From the NCBI RefSeq assembly GCF_036321535.1, contig NC_087436.1, positions 96,970,001 to 97,034,000 on the forward strand: 64,000 bases of DNA, given 5' to 3'. Both the position numbers and the translations under genes were made by a program. Position 1 is the first letter of the stretch. The number at the start of each line of letters is the position of its first letter. This document shows positions 53,596 through 64,000 of this stretch, piece by piece. Below the pieces are notes generated by a model. It did no database searches, was not told where the DNA came from, and worked only from the letters and a program-made list of their open reading frames with translations. This stretch comes from Camelus dromedarius (lineage: Eukaryota).

Positions 53596-54469
53596 GGTTA
53601 GGAAAATCGAACTTTCCTCACAAAATTTAGAAATTTTGAAAATTGTATTATGTTGCTTTCAAAGCCTATTTAACTTATTAAGTTGTTTCTATTTTACTTT
53701 AAAATATTTCAGAATATACAATGTGATATTGTGTATGCATTCATTTAAGCTATATTTTTTGGGAATAATCAATTGCTCTAATCATAAATTTATATCTCAG
53801 TTATGGTAAGCATTTGTTCAAGATAACTATGATTTAACATCATAGGTTTTGTTAACTAGAATAATAAATGTTAGAAATTTTTTTTTATTTGTAGAATTTG
53901 GTACTTAATAATTAGCAAAATGATGGCTGTAATGGGTTTTCATTAGTGAAACTGATGTGACTCAGGGTATATAGACTGACTCTAAAATGTAGAAACATTC
54001 TTACCCCTCTGTGGTATAAAACAGGCATCTCAGTAATGATGCAGAAGGATTCGTTGCTCAACGGTCCTGCTTTGCAGCCACTATTTGGAGGGCTCTTGAT
54101 GTGCCCAAGTAGCCAAGTTGTGGCAATGTAGCTCTAACTATTGCTGATATCTACCGCAAATAAGCCAATGTTTATGCATCACCAGCTTGTGTTAGGTCAG
54201 TTTGCAGTATTATCCTAATCTATCAGTCTCTCAGACAAGTCTTAAGAGAGCATTTAACTAGCTGACTTGGGACAAATATCAATGATCACAATCCCCTCTC
54301 ACTCCTGCCCCTTCTCCCATCCCCATCCTCATCCGCAAAACCAGTATCTATTTGCACCTCTGATATGAATTAGAAATGTTGTGCGAAATGAGAAGTGGGA
54401 ATAGTGAAAGTTTAGGAGCAAATCGGTATGTCCATTCCCCTCCTTTTTCTTCTTAGCTTAGTGACAACA

Positions 54470-54690
54470 TGATATGATGGGAACTAAGCCAACAAGCTAC
54501 GTTTGAATCCTATGTCACTCACTTGGGACCATCAGCAGGGCATGGCATGTTTCTAATCTCCAGTCTCCTCTCTTGTAAAACGGGGCGGTGTACCTACCTC
54601 ATAGGACACTGGGAGAATTAAATAAGTGCATACTCGTAAACAGCTAAGCATGAAGAGCTAGTTTCACTATAGGCAATAAACAATATGTTG
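54470..54690 (+). mobile_element. MIR SINE
   Basis: cagtctcctctcttgtaaaacgggg...tacctacctcataggacactgggagaattaaat. Confidence 0.7.
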
Positions 54691-55159
54691 ATCGCATTCA
54701 TTGGCTCTTCCTTTACACAGAAAGCATAACCTAGGGACTGTCTCTTACCATTTCTGTGCTCGGGGCAGTGAAAATGTTGCCTGACGCGGGGTTTGTGTTC
54801 AATATATATCCACTGAATAAATGAACTTAACATTCCTTTCATTGGCAATTAGCTGTATTTGCTAAGTTCCCTGGTATCCTGGAATCTGTCCATGTATCTG
54901 CTCTATTATTTCTCCTTCTGATACTTTTTTAAAATGTCAATACCAGTAGAATATGCTCTATTCATTAGTAGAAGAAACACCATAAAAGATTTGAGCCAAT
55001 ATCTTTTTTTTCTTAATGGAGAAATTAAAGACAATCCAGGTTCACCTAGGTTGTAGAATTTCATGTTATGTGCCTCGTTCATTTATGTATTTAAAATACT
55101 GTTGATTCATTTATATACTTAAAATACTGTTTTCACAAGAATCTTCATAACCTGATGAT

Positions 55160-55830
55160 TAGAATATAAAATGGCAACTTGGCAATGTGTATCAAGAACC
55201 TTAAAAATGTTCCCAGTAAGTAATCCCATTTATTACTGAGAACAGTAATAAAAATGTTTCCAGTAAGTATCCTAATGAAATAATAATTCATATACATATG
55301 TAGAAAAATGATCATTGTAGTATTGGTTTATGGAAAGAAGAAAGTCATATGAATATATAACAAGAGGGGAAAGGTTAAATAAATTAGGCATATACTTGGA
55401 AGAAATTAAAACGTATGTTCACTAAAAAGTGTCTACAGAAAGTTTATAAAATAACTGTTCATGATAGCTCCAAGCTGGAACCCTCTGAAATGCCTATTTA
55501 CAGTGGAAGACGTATGTAATTTATAGTATCTGCATAGAATGGAATATTATTTATTAATGGGAAGGAACAAATTATTGCCACACAAACAACATGGTTGAAT
55601 TTCAACAACATAAAGTTGAATAAAAAAGCCAGATGTGAAAGAATATATACTGCATTATTCCATTTTTAAATTCAAAAATTAGTAATACTAAAATTAATTA
55701 TGCTATGGCTACGAAGTGGGATATTCTGCAGCTATTAAAACATTTAAAGACATAGGAAAATGTTCACAAATTAATAAAATATGATAATATTTAAAACTAC
55801 ATACAATATATGACCCCCATTTTGGAAAAA
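55160..55830 (+). mobile_element. Old L1 (L1ME/L1MB-like) 3' fragments
   Basis: tgttcatgatagctccaagctggaa...aatggaatatta...caacatggttgaatttca...aaaagccaga...tactgcattattccattt. Confidence 0.65.
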
Positions 55831-55852
55831 AAAAGTCTAAGTTTCAATGAGA

Positions 55853-56290
55853 AGTATCAGTCAGGGTCTCAAAGAAACACATGATAACCTCAAATTAGAA
55901 TAATTAGAGGAGGCTTTGTCTTCAGAGTGGGCAGGGCATGAGGGACCACAAGGGATAGTGCAGTAGTGGAGCTGTCACTGTCCCAGGACTGATGCGGCCC
56001 CAGCAGGAGAGATTCCCAGCCCCAGGAGAGAACTGCCAGAAAGGAGAGGAACAGTGGCCATCGGGTGGGGGACACAGCCGGGCCATGGTGAATTCAAGGG
56101 AGAAAGAAAGAGGAAGAGTCCAGCTCACCTTCCTCCCTCCTCCCAGCCTCCCGCTGGGGCTCCGCATTACCAAGCCTACAGAGAAGCCAGAGCGTTGGCG
56201 ACGTGATCCCTCCAGGTCAGCCCACCAGACAGACAGCAGGATGTGTGAGGGTGAGGCATGGGTGTGGCACCCTGAACACACGAGGCACAT
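55853..56290 (-). mobile_element. LTR33-like ERVL LTR
   Basis: gtatcagtcagggtc...cacaagggatagtgcagta...cctcctcccagcctcccgctggggctcc...agaagccagag. Confidence 0.65.
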
Positions 56291-56427
56291 GCCATGTATG
56301 GGACTGATGATTCCTTTGACTACCTAAGGGAGAGCAGGTGCTGCAGAGATGATCCATTTTTATCTTCATATACCTTTATATTATTTTATTGTTGCAATAA
56401 TATGTGCATTTTTTAATGCTGAGGGAA

Positions 56428-57050
56428 AATGTGTGTCAGAGTGTATGTGTGAAGGGATGTGTGCCTGTCAGGGTATGAAAGTGAATGAGTGTCTGTGTGT
56501 GAGAGAAAGCGATGGGGAGAGAGAGAGAGGTGGGAGCTGTTGTGAGAGTGTATGTGTGTATGTGAAGGTGCACAGGCAATGTGACATGGTGTGTGAGTGT
56601 GTGTTGGTGAGGATGTTAACAAGTATATGTGTATGTTAATGAGTGTATGTGTGCATGTGTGTAGGCATGTGTGAAAGTGTCCCTGTGGACCCGAGACTGT
56701 CTGTGTGTAAGGGTGGATGTGTGGGGGAGTCGTATGTGAAGCAGTGTGTTTGTGCAAGAGAGGTGGGAGTGGAGTATGCGGGAGGATGTGTGACAGTGTG
56801 TGAACACACTTGAGGATGTACAGGAGGATGACAGTCTGTGGGTGTCTGTGTACGGGGCAGGCATATGTGTTGGAGGCTGTTTGTGAAAGGTACGTGGGAG
56901 GAGACGTGTGTTTGTGTGAGTGAGACGGCTTGTGGGGGTGTGCGGACATGGGGAGGGGGTGTGAGGAGATGTGTGTAAGTGAGGAGGTGGTGAGTGCGGT
57001 GATATGTATGAGGAGATTTGTGTGTGTGTGTGCATAGGTGATTGTGTTTA
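56428..57050. repeat. Degenerate TG/GA-rich low-complexity tract (~620 bp)
   Basis: A mosaic of gtgtgt/gtatgt/gagg units, C-poor on the + strand. Confidence 0.9.
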
Positions 57051-57962
57051 TAGACATCTATATGCACTGAAGTAGAAATATTTCTTTCCAAGAAAAAAGA
57101 AAAATCAGAATAAAATATTTTCTTAATAGTCATCTCTAGGGGCAGAGTAAGAGACAAATTTTATTTTCTTGACTTTTTTGTCATTTTGTAGTCATAAAAA
57201 CAATGAACATTTCAGTCTATTTTCTTCACACATGAAAAATATTGTACCTTTCTGGAAATACATAAAAATAAAAATCCTGCTAAAAGCTTTCTTAATAGGA
57301 GTGTGTTTGAAAATTGGAATTCTCTTTTTAAATACATAACCAAACAGAGATCTAAGTCCCTGGTTAATTTATAGATGTTATCTTTCAATTTGAGAACCGT
57401 ATAAGTGTTTAATTTTTCATGTAATTTCATTAATTTTCAGATCATTTCAATAATCGAAACTAATCACTACTGACGTTTGCAAGTCAAGGCCCCAATGGCT
57501 TCCCACGCATGACTTGGTGGTACTAATGAAATGCCCCATTCGTGTCACACGGTTTCAGGGAGCTACAGTGCTTTAGGTTTTCCAAGGTCTCAAAATGTAA
57601 ACACTAAACATTCACAGAGATTATCAATGATGGAGGAACTTAGGTAATTATGATTTGTTTCTTTTAGTTTTGTGTTTTTTACAGGCAGGATTTTTAAAAA
57701 ATATAATGAGCATATAGGGCTTGTGTAATAAGGCTTCTGTCAAACTGATTTCGAAGCAGGTTATTTTCCTAAGCAGGTGCAAAAGGCCCTGAGTTCTTTC
57801 ACTGATAATTTCATTGTCTCTGCGCTGCCTCATTTCACTAACAATAAAATATGAGGGTTTCCTAGTCTAGGCTATCTTTTATTAAAAGAAAAATTTGTGG
57901 CAGTAAATGGCTGAAGTGTTATTCTATTTTTAATTTATTTCAACCTTGTCTTTTTTTCTTAA

Positions 57963-58098
57963 TTTTTTTATTAAAGTATAGTTGATGTGCAATGTTATGT
58001 TAATTTCTGGTGTACAGCATAGTGAGTCAATTATACATATATATTCCTTTACATATTCTTTTTCATTATAGGCTATTACAAGGTATTGAATATAGTTC
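57963..58098 (-). mobile_element. Short 5'-truncated L1 3' end in or near the DTHD1 3'UTR
   Basis: tttttattaaagtatagttgatgtgcaatgttatgttaatttctggtgtacagcatagtga...cattataggctattacaaggtattgaatatagttc; possible TSD ttcttaa (57956-62 / 58096-102). Confidence 0.8.
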
Positions 58099-58426
58099 TT
58101 AAAGCGATTTGTTGTCATCAACATCAGGTCTCTGTAGCCCAGTTATGCTTTATTGTTACCTGTGGGCTCCACGGTACGTGCATAACATGAATTAGTTGCT
58201 GGGTGTCCTTCCTGCATGACTAGTTTACTTTCCTGTAGATAACAGTAACAAATGGATCCTGCCTGTATTACCTTTCCTTCACACTTAAAGAGCAACCTCA
58301 GCTATGAAATAAAAACAGGGTGAACTCGATTACAAAGGCTACTGAGTTTGGCTGAACTCAAGACAATCCTGCTTGCAGAACATCTATCACTGAACCATGA
58401 AGGAGAACTCAAATCCACAAATGTTT

Positions 58427-58432
58427 TTTATT
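58427..58432 (-). terminator. Candidate proximal poly(A) signal AATAAA for DTHD1
   Basis: tttatt on the + strand about 117 nt after the stop codon. Further AATAAA candidates lie at 58149-58154, 57967-57972 and 57878-57883; which one is used cannot be determined from sequence. Confidence 0.35.
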
Positions 58433-58548
58433 GTTTGATTAGTGCTTCTTCCCTTGTCTCAATAGCATGTCTGTCAAATAGATTCCTTTCAAACAACATT
58501 ACTTGGAAACCGCTAGTAAAATGTTGACAGAAGCCATCTTCCAACCGA

Positions 58549-58929
<381 letters not shown>

Positions 58930-59099
58930 TCAGTGTTAGGACCCTTCCACCTGTTCTCAGGACATCTATGCTACACCATCTCTTATTTGGCCTCTGAAAA
59001 ATGTGGGACCACCCGGATGGACAGTTGAGAGCCTTTGAATCCCTGATCTTTCTGGGATCTTCTTCTAAGGGAACCACCTACACTGCAGACGGTTAGAAA

Positions 59100-59275
59100 T
59101 GCTTCTCTAATTTTCACTTCCCAGAGATCCAGGAGGACTGGTTAAAATGGTTTTTAGGCCCCTCCCCAGACAGGCTAATTAAGGAAGACTAAGGTAGGGA
59201 TGAAACGGGATTTTTAACAAGCTCCCAGATGATGCTGACACTGAGGTCCTTAACCATACTTTGAGTGGCACTATG
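59100..59275. mobile_element. MER5-like MITE (DTHD1 intron)
   Basis: atttttaacaagctcccagatgatgctgac...catactttgagtggcact. Confidence 0.6.
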
Positions 59276-61354
59276 CTAAATGATGTTTTTAGGTTCAAAA
59301 GATACTTCTCTTAATTAGTACTAACCAGATGCATAAAGGCAACTAAGCAATGCTTATGCCCCAGCCCCTCAGCTACATGCACGTGCACAGACACACACAA
59401 CTCACCAAGATCCACTAACCAAAGTACAGTTCAGGGGAAGGTCCTTTACACCAACATTTCCCCTGGCCTCTGGACTATTTAGCAGCACAAACATCTCTGA
59501 ATATATCCTATGTGTTCAGCATACTCTTTCCCTTACTCTGTGACTCCTGTCTACTGCCTAAATGCATGATTCCCATTTTCTGTTGTTTGGCTGTTATTTA
59601 TTTCATTGTGTAGCTCAGATCCGTTCCTCGCAGTAAGCCCCCGAGCCCTCCTGCCTCTCTCCTTCCACACGTCAGCCCTAAGCAGCGGCACTTGCACTTG
59701 CACATCCCGCTTGCACGCAGACCTCTGCACCAGTTTCCCTGGTCTGGTGTCGGAAAAGAACACTAGGTCTGCCATCTTTTACTCAACTATTCTTTCCATG
59801 AACCTACTCACATAAATTGCACCTGCTTTTACACTATAAATCCTGCGGCTTTTCTGTGAAAGCTACTCAGAAAATGGAGCCAACACATCCTTCCTCTCCA
59901 TTGTCACTTTCAAACCAACATTCTGCTTCCATCTTGCAATATATCCCTTTTAATGTCCTGCTACATGTGTACGCCTTCCTCTCCCCATCTACACCACCTG
60001 TCTCCTGCCGTTGGCAGGCAGCATTGTCAGCCACCCTGTGGATAAGGTCACACCTTGGACCACATGGTTTGTTAATCTTGACAATCTCAAGGACCTGTGT
60101 GGTGACGCCATATTGGAAACTGACTTGCATGGCAAATCCTTGTGTTTCATCCTCAGCTGGAACAATCCCACCTCCATGGCCTCAGCTTCTCAGTATTGCT
60201 GCTGACCACTACCTGACCTCTTAAACTTCCGCAGCTTCTATTCCTTTGCTCCTGCTTAATGTGCTTCTTGCCCCGTCACCAATAGAACAAGTCCCTTGAT
60301 GCCGTCAATCATTCCATCGTCTCTGCCTCTGTACCCACACTGCCCTTAACGATTGTCCTCCTTAAAATCTGTTGTCCTCTTTAGCTTTCAATGTGCCCAA
60401 TTTTTCAATCGCCAATCCTGCCTTACAAACATGGCAGGTCAACTACTGGGGTGCCCAGGCTTACGGAACTGTACTGAATGTGATCAAAAATCTCTGTGCT
60501 GGGTACGCCTTAGCAGCTTATAAATCCATTAAAAAGTCTGTTCCCTGAATCCAATTGAAAATTTTCCATAGCAATGACACAAAACTCTACCACCCTTAAG
60601 CCTCAGTCTCACTCTTACTCTGTTTCACTCAGCCAGTGTCTGTCTCTCCTAACTTTACCCGAAGCCTTTTGACCTAAGTTCTCATAACCTCGTTTTCATT
60701 TCCAAATCAGTTTCTTACAAAATATCCCTCCTCCGTGCTTGCTGGGTTCCATCCCCCACAGTGCTTTTCATCAAGTATTTGTTCCTTCACACCTGTTCCT
60801 TAACCACCTCCTCCGTCAGGTGCTTCCCATGCTTCCCACAAGCACTCTCAGGCCTCTCCTCTCCTTGCTTCTGCTGATGTTTCAAGCCCTCATCTCTCCC
60901 CTTCCCTTGACCATGAAATCTTTTCATGTATAACATAAACTTGATGCCTTAAGCTCATCACTATTAGCTCACTCCCTGAGCCCTTGCTTTAGGGTGATAC
61001 ATCGTCTCTTAAATCTCTATTAAAACCTTTCTTTCCGGTCTTTCTAGAGCCCTCCTAGATACTACTTACAGCAACTGATTCTTGGTCTGTATCTTCCCTG
61101 CCTTCCAGAGCACTGCACCCCTTCCCTTGGGTTCCATGGCCTGCCCTGGTCTTCCTCTTCCCTCCCTTGTCCCTTTGCTGACTCCCTTCCTCCTGATGGT
61201 GCTGAATTACTGCTTCCTATCTCAGGGCCCTTCTGTTTCTGCCCATCCCTGCAGTGAATTCACCAAATCTTACTACCTTAACCTTCTCCTCTATGTGAAA
61301 TATCCCAGATCTACTATCTCTTCAGCTTTGGCTCTGTTTCCCTAAATCCTGGTA

Positions 61355-61991
61355 TAGGTAGAATTTGTTTTCTTGAGTTTTGCTTTATTGCACTTCACAG
61401 CTATTGTGTTTTTTTACAAATTGAATATTTGGGGGAGAGTATAGCTCAGTGGTTAAGTGTGTGCTTAGCATGCACTAGGTCCTGGGTTCAATCCCTAGTA
61501 CCTCCATTAAAAAAAGAAATAAACAAACCTAATTACCCTCCTCCAAGAAATAGACAAATCGAAAACCTGTGGCAACCTTGTGTCAAGCAAATCTACAGGC
61601 GCCATTTTTCCAACAGCGTTTGCTCACTTTTTGTCTCTGTGTCACATTTTAGTAATTCTTAAAATATTTCAAACTTTTTTTTTATTATTTTCTTTGTTAT
61701 GGTGATCAGCAATCAGTGAACATTGATGTTGCTATTGCAAAAAGACTATGAATCCCTGAAGGTTCAGGTGATGATTAACACTAATTTTTAGCAATAAAGT
61801 ATTTTTAAATTAAGGTAGATACACTTTTTTAGACATAATGCTATTGCACAGTTAATAGACTACAATCTAGTGTAAATATGACTTTTATATGCACTGAGAA
61901 ACCCCACAATTCATGCGACTCACATTATCATGATATTCGCTTTATTGCAGTGATTTGGAACTAAACTTGCAATGTCTCCAAGGTACAACTG
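61355..61991 (+). mobile_element. Tigger1 internal-deletion derivative (Tigger1a-like), split by a SINE
   Basis: Tigger1 5' end (gctttattgcacttcacag...ggcgccatttttccaacagc) is fused to the 3' end (tagacataatgctattgcaca...gcaatgtctccaaggtacaactg). TA lies at 61353-54. Confidence 0.85.
61431..61553 (+). mobile_element. tRNA-Ala-derived SINE (camelid Vic-1-like, long form)
   Basis: GGGGGAGAGTATAGCTCAGTGGTTAAGTGTGTGCTTAGCATGCACTAGGTCCTGGGTTCAATCCCTAGTACCTCCA followed by an A-rich segment and aaacctaattacc tail; degenerate TSD acaaattgaatatttg / acaaatcgaaaacctg. Confidence 0.88.
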
Positions 61992-63547
61992 CACAGCATT
62001 TGCAATATTCATCTCCTAATTATTGTTACCATTTTATACCACAGCCAATTCAAATTCCATATTTCTGAAATCAGAGTCAACTGTGGTGTTTCCCTCTCTC
62101 CACCTGCTCCTTCACTCTAATCATTTTCTTAGTGAATGTGAACACTCAGCTTTGTACACTAACACATGTAATACTATTCCAATTTCTCAAAGCCCATTTC
62201 GTATCGCCTGTACTCAAGTTTTATTGGTCCTAACACTAAACATATCTCAGATACTTCCCCACTTTCCAGCCTTACTGACTCAATCTTAACCATGTCCTGC
62301 CTCTTTTTCCTGGAGGACTGCAAGAACCAGGGTTCTGAGTCATATCCCTGCTCTCAGTTTTGGCTGACTTTAGTCTTCCACACAACTAATAGAAGTTTTC
62401 GAAGTCCAATCTGATCTTACTCCTTCTTTGTTAATAAATCTCTTGTAGGCACCTACATTGTCTAAACTTCTGAACTTGGCGTTCGAAACTGTTCATAGTT
62501 CTATCCTGCTCTAACTGACCATCTACCATCATCCTACAACAGCTCAGGTGGTATTACTGTGCAGGATCACACTGAGAAACAACTTAGGACGTCCTGGTAC
62601 ACTTAGGAGAGATCATTATACCTTTGTCCTCTCCGGTGGTTGGAGCGCTTTTATTTGAACGTCAAGTTCTTCGGGAGTCGACAACACTATCAAACTCACC
62701 GGGCTTTCAGCTACTGCTGCAGTTGTTTTAACGGGGTTTTCTTCTTTTGGTTTTTGGCTTTAGTATTCTTTGTTTTGCTTCCTCTGTCACCTGTTCTCTC
62801 TTTGAAAATAATTTTATTGCCTCTGAGAGAGTGTCTGATGTTAAGGTTTATTCCCATCCTACTCACTTCTAATTTAATTCAGTGAAGCTTGTGCACTTTC
62901 TGTACAAGTCCGTAAAGATAACCCTTGAACAGAATGTTACACCATCAGTGGTGAGACTGACACAGCAGTCCAGACGCACTCACTGATGTCTTTTGAAGAT
63001 CAATAAATTATTGCAGCAGTAACTACTAATATCACAAAATGAATTGTTTCAAAGGTTAAACTAGACTAAAAGTGTCAAATTCTACCCTAAAATATGCATT
63101 ATTGTTATATAGTTAGATTACACATAACCACAATCAAATATTACATGTTTGCTTTGTGGTTTCGTACCAATGTAACTCTACTTAAAATCTAGTTTAAGAT
63201 CTGTAACTAAGAGTCAACATTTCAGAACAAACTGTAGTTGTCTATTTACCAAACTAGGCAATTACTAGTTGTCTTAGTTAAATACTACTTAGTTAAATTC
63301 ATATTTCTCGTAGATCTTAGCAAAATTTTAATTACATCTACATTCAAGAATGGTTTTTTTTTTTGTTTATATGTGCATGAATTCCGAAGGAAAACTTACT
63401 TCTTAGGCTGATAATAAATGATTATTTGATGAAGGATTATTTAATTGCTAAATTCTACATTCTTGTTTATTAAAAGATTCACATAAAATATAAAATATAA
63501 GGGGAAAAGAACATCACTGTAATGAGGACATAGAAAATATTCCTTAC

Positions 63548-63605
63548 CTAGAGGGTCTGTAGAAATTCTTTTGGTACTCTGTGGACGGTTGATTAATTTT
63601 TCATG
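63548..63605 (-). CDS. DTHD1: DTHD1 penultimate coding exon (58 bp, HEKLINRPQSTKRISTDPL+G)
   Basis: Acceptor ccctttctccctaaAG|CATGAA and donor CTAG|GTAAGG. The exon is 19 codons plus 1 nt, and the trailing G joins AA of the last exon to give ...TDPLEALWDN in frame. This matches recalled DTHD1 ...[21 protein letters not shown]. Confidence 0.9.
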
Positions 63606-64000
63606 CTTTAGGGAGAAAGGGGCACAGAATAAGCAGAAGAAACCATTAATTTGTGAACAAGCCACACATAAAAATCCATCTGAACCTCACCTCAACTTGA
63701 AAAAAAGTCTTGAATTGCATGGATTACAAAATTAGATTGTGTATTTGTGCGTTCATGCTCAGCAATTGGTTTTCTGAGATAAGGCAACATATATTGACCC
63801 ACATCTTTCAGAAAATTTAAATGTAAGAATACACATTTAAATATTATTATAGCAGTCATATTAACTCTAAATAAACATTTTCTAAACTAAAACTTAGAGT
63901 TGTTAATACTAGCTAACATAGAGCAAGCTACCTCTATGTTACATAGTATTGTGTAAAAACCCTCGTTAGCCAGGCACCTTGCCTCAACACTTAGCACCAA

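Larger units (their letters stand above)
60540..62510 (+). mobile_element. Degraded L2 LINE in the last DTHD1 intron (split by Tigger1)
   Basis: Pyrimidine-rich L2-like sequence on both sides of the Tigger element (tgggttccatcccc, atctcagatacttccccacttt, aatctgatcttactcctt). It may extend to about 59850. Confidence 0.55.

Noticed and set aside
56413..57157. Longest ORFs in the window (214, 173 and 139 aa, His/Thr-rich)
   Set aside because: They are artefacts of the CA-rich low-complexity strand, which lacks stop codons in all frames.
61431..61506. Possible tRNA-Ala(AGC) gene (also 23237-23317)
   Set aside because: The extra 5' bases, A-rich tail, TSDs, insertion into other repeats and imperfect stems indicate SINE copies.
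63441..63665. 74-aa ORF as a standalone gene
   Set aside because: Only 63548-63605 is exonic, bounded by AG/GT; the rest is intron read-through.

Overview
AT-rich, repeat-dense mammalian genomic DNA. It is most likely from a camelid: two tRNA-Ala-derived SINEs match the Vic-1 type, and I saw no Alu, B1/B2, Bov-A/BovB or PRE-1 elements. The only supported protein-coding content is the 3' end of DTHD1 (death domain containing 1) on the minus strand. It consists of a 58-bp penultimate exon (63548-63605) spliced in phase 1 to the terminal death-domain exon (58549-58910), followed by 3'UTR. The remaining ~57 kb is downstream intergenic DNA filled with L1, L2, MIR, ERVL/MaLR/ERV1 LTRs and Tigger/Charlie/Blackjack DNA-transposon relics, several of them nested with recognisable target-site duplications. 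I found no clearly novel biological system. The best leads are a possible alternative terminal exon that would replace the death domain with a basic tail, an apparent C-terminal extension of DTHD1, an L1-donated poly(A) signal, and a few motif clusters. Gene and repeat family names come from recalled sequences, not database searches, and repeat boundaries are approximate unless TSDs or TIRs are quoted.
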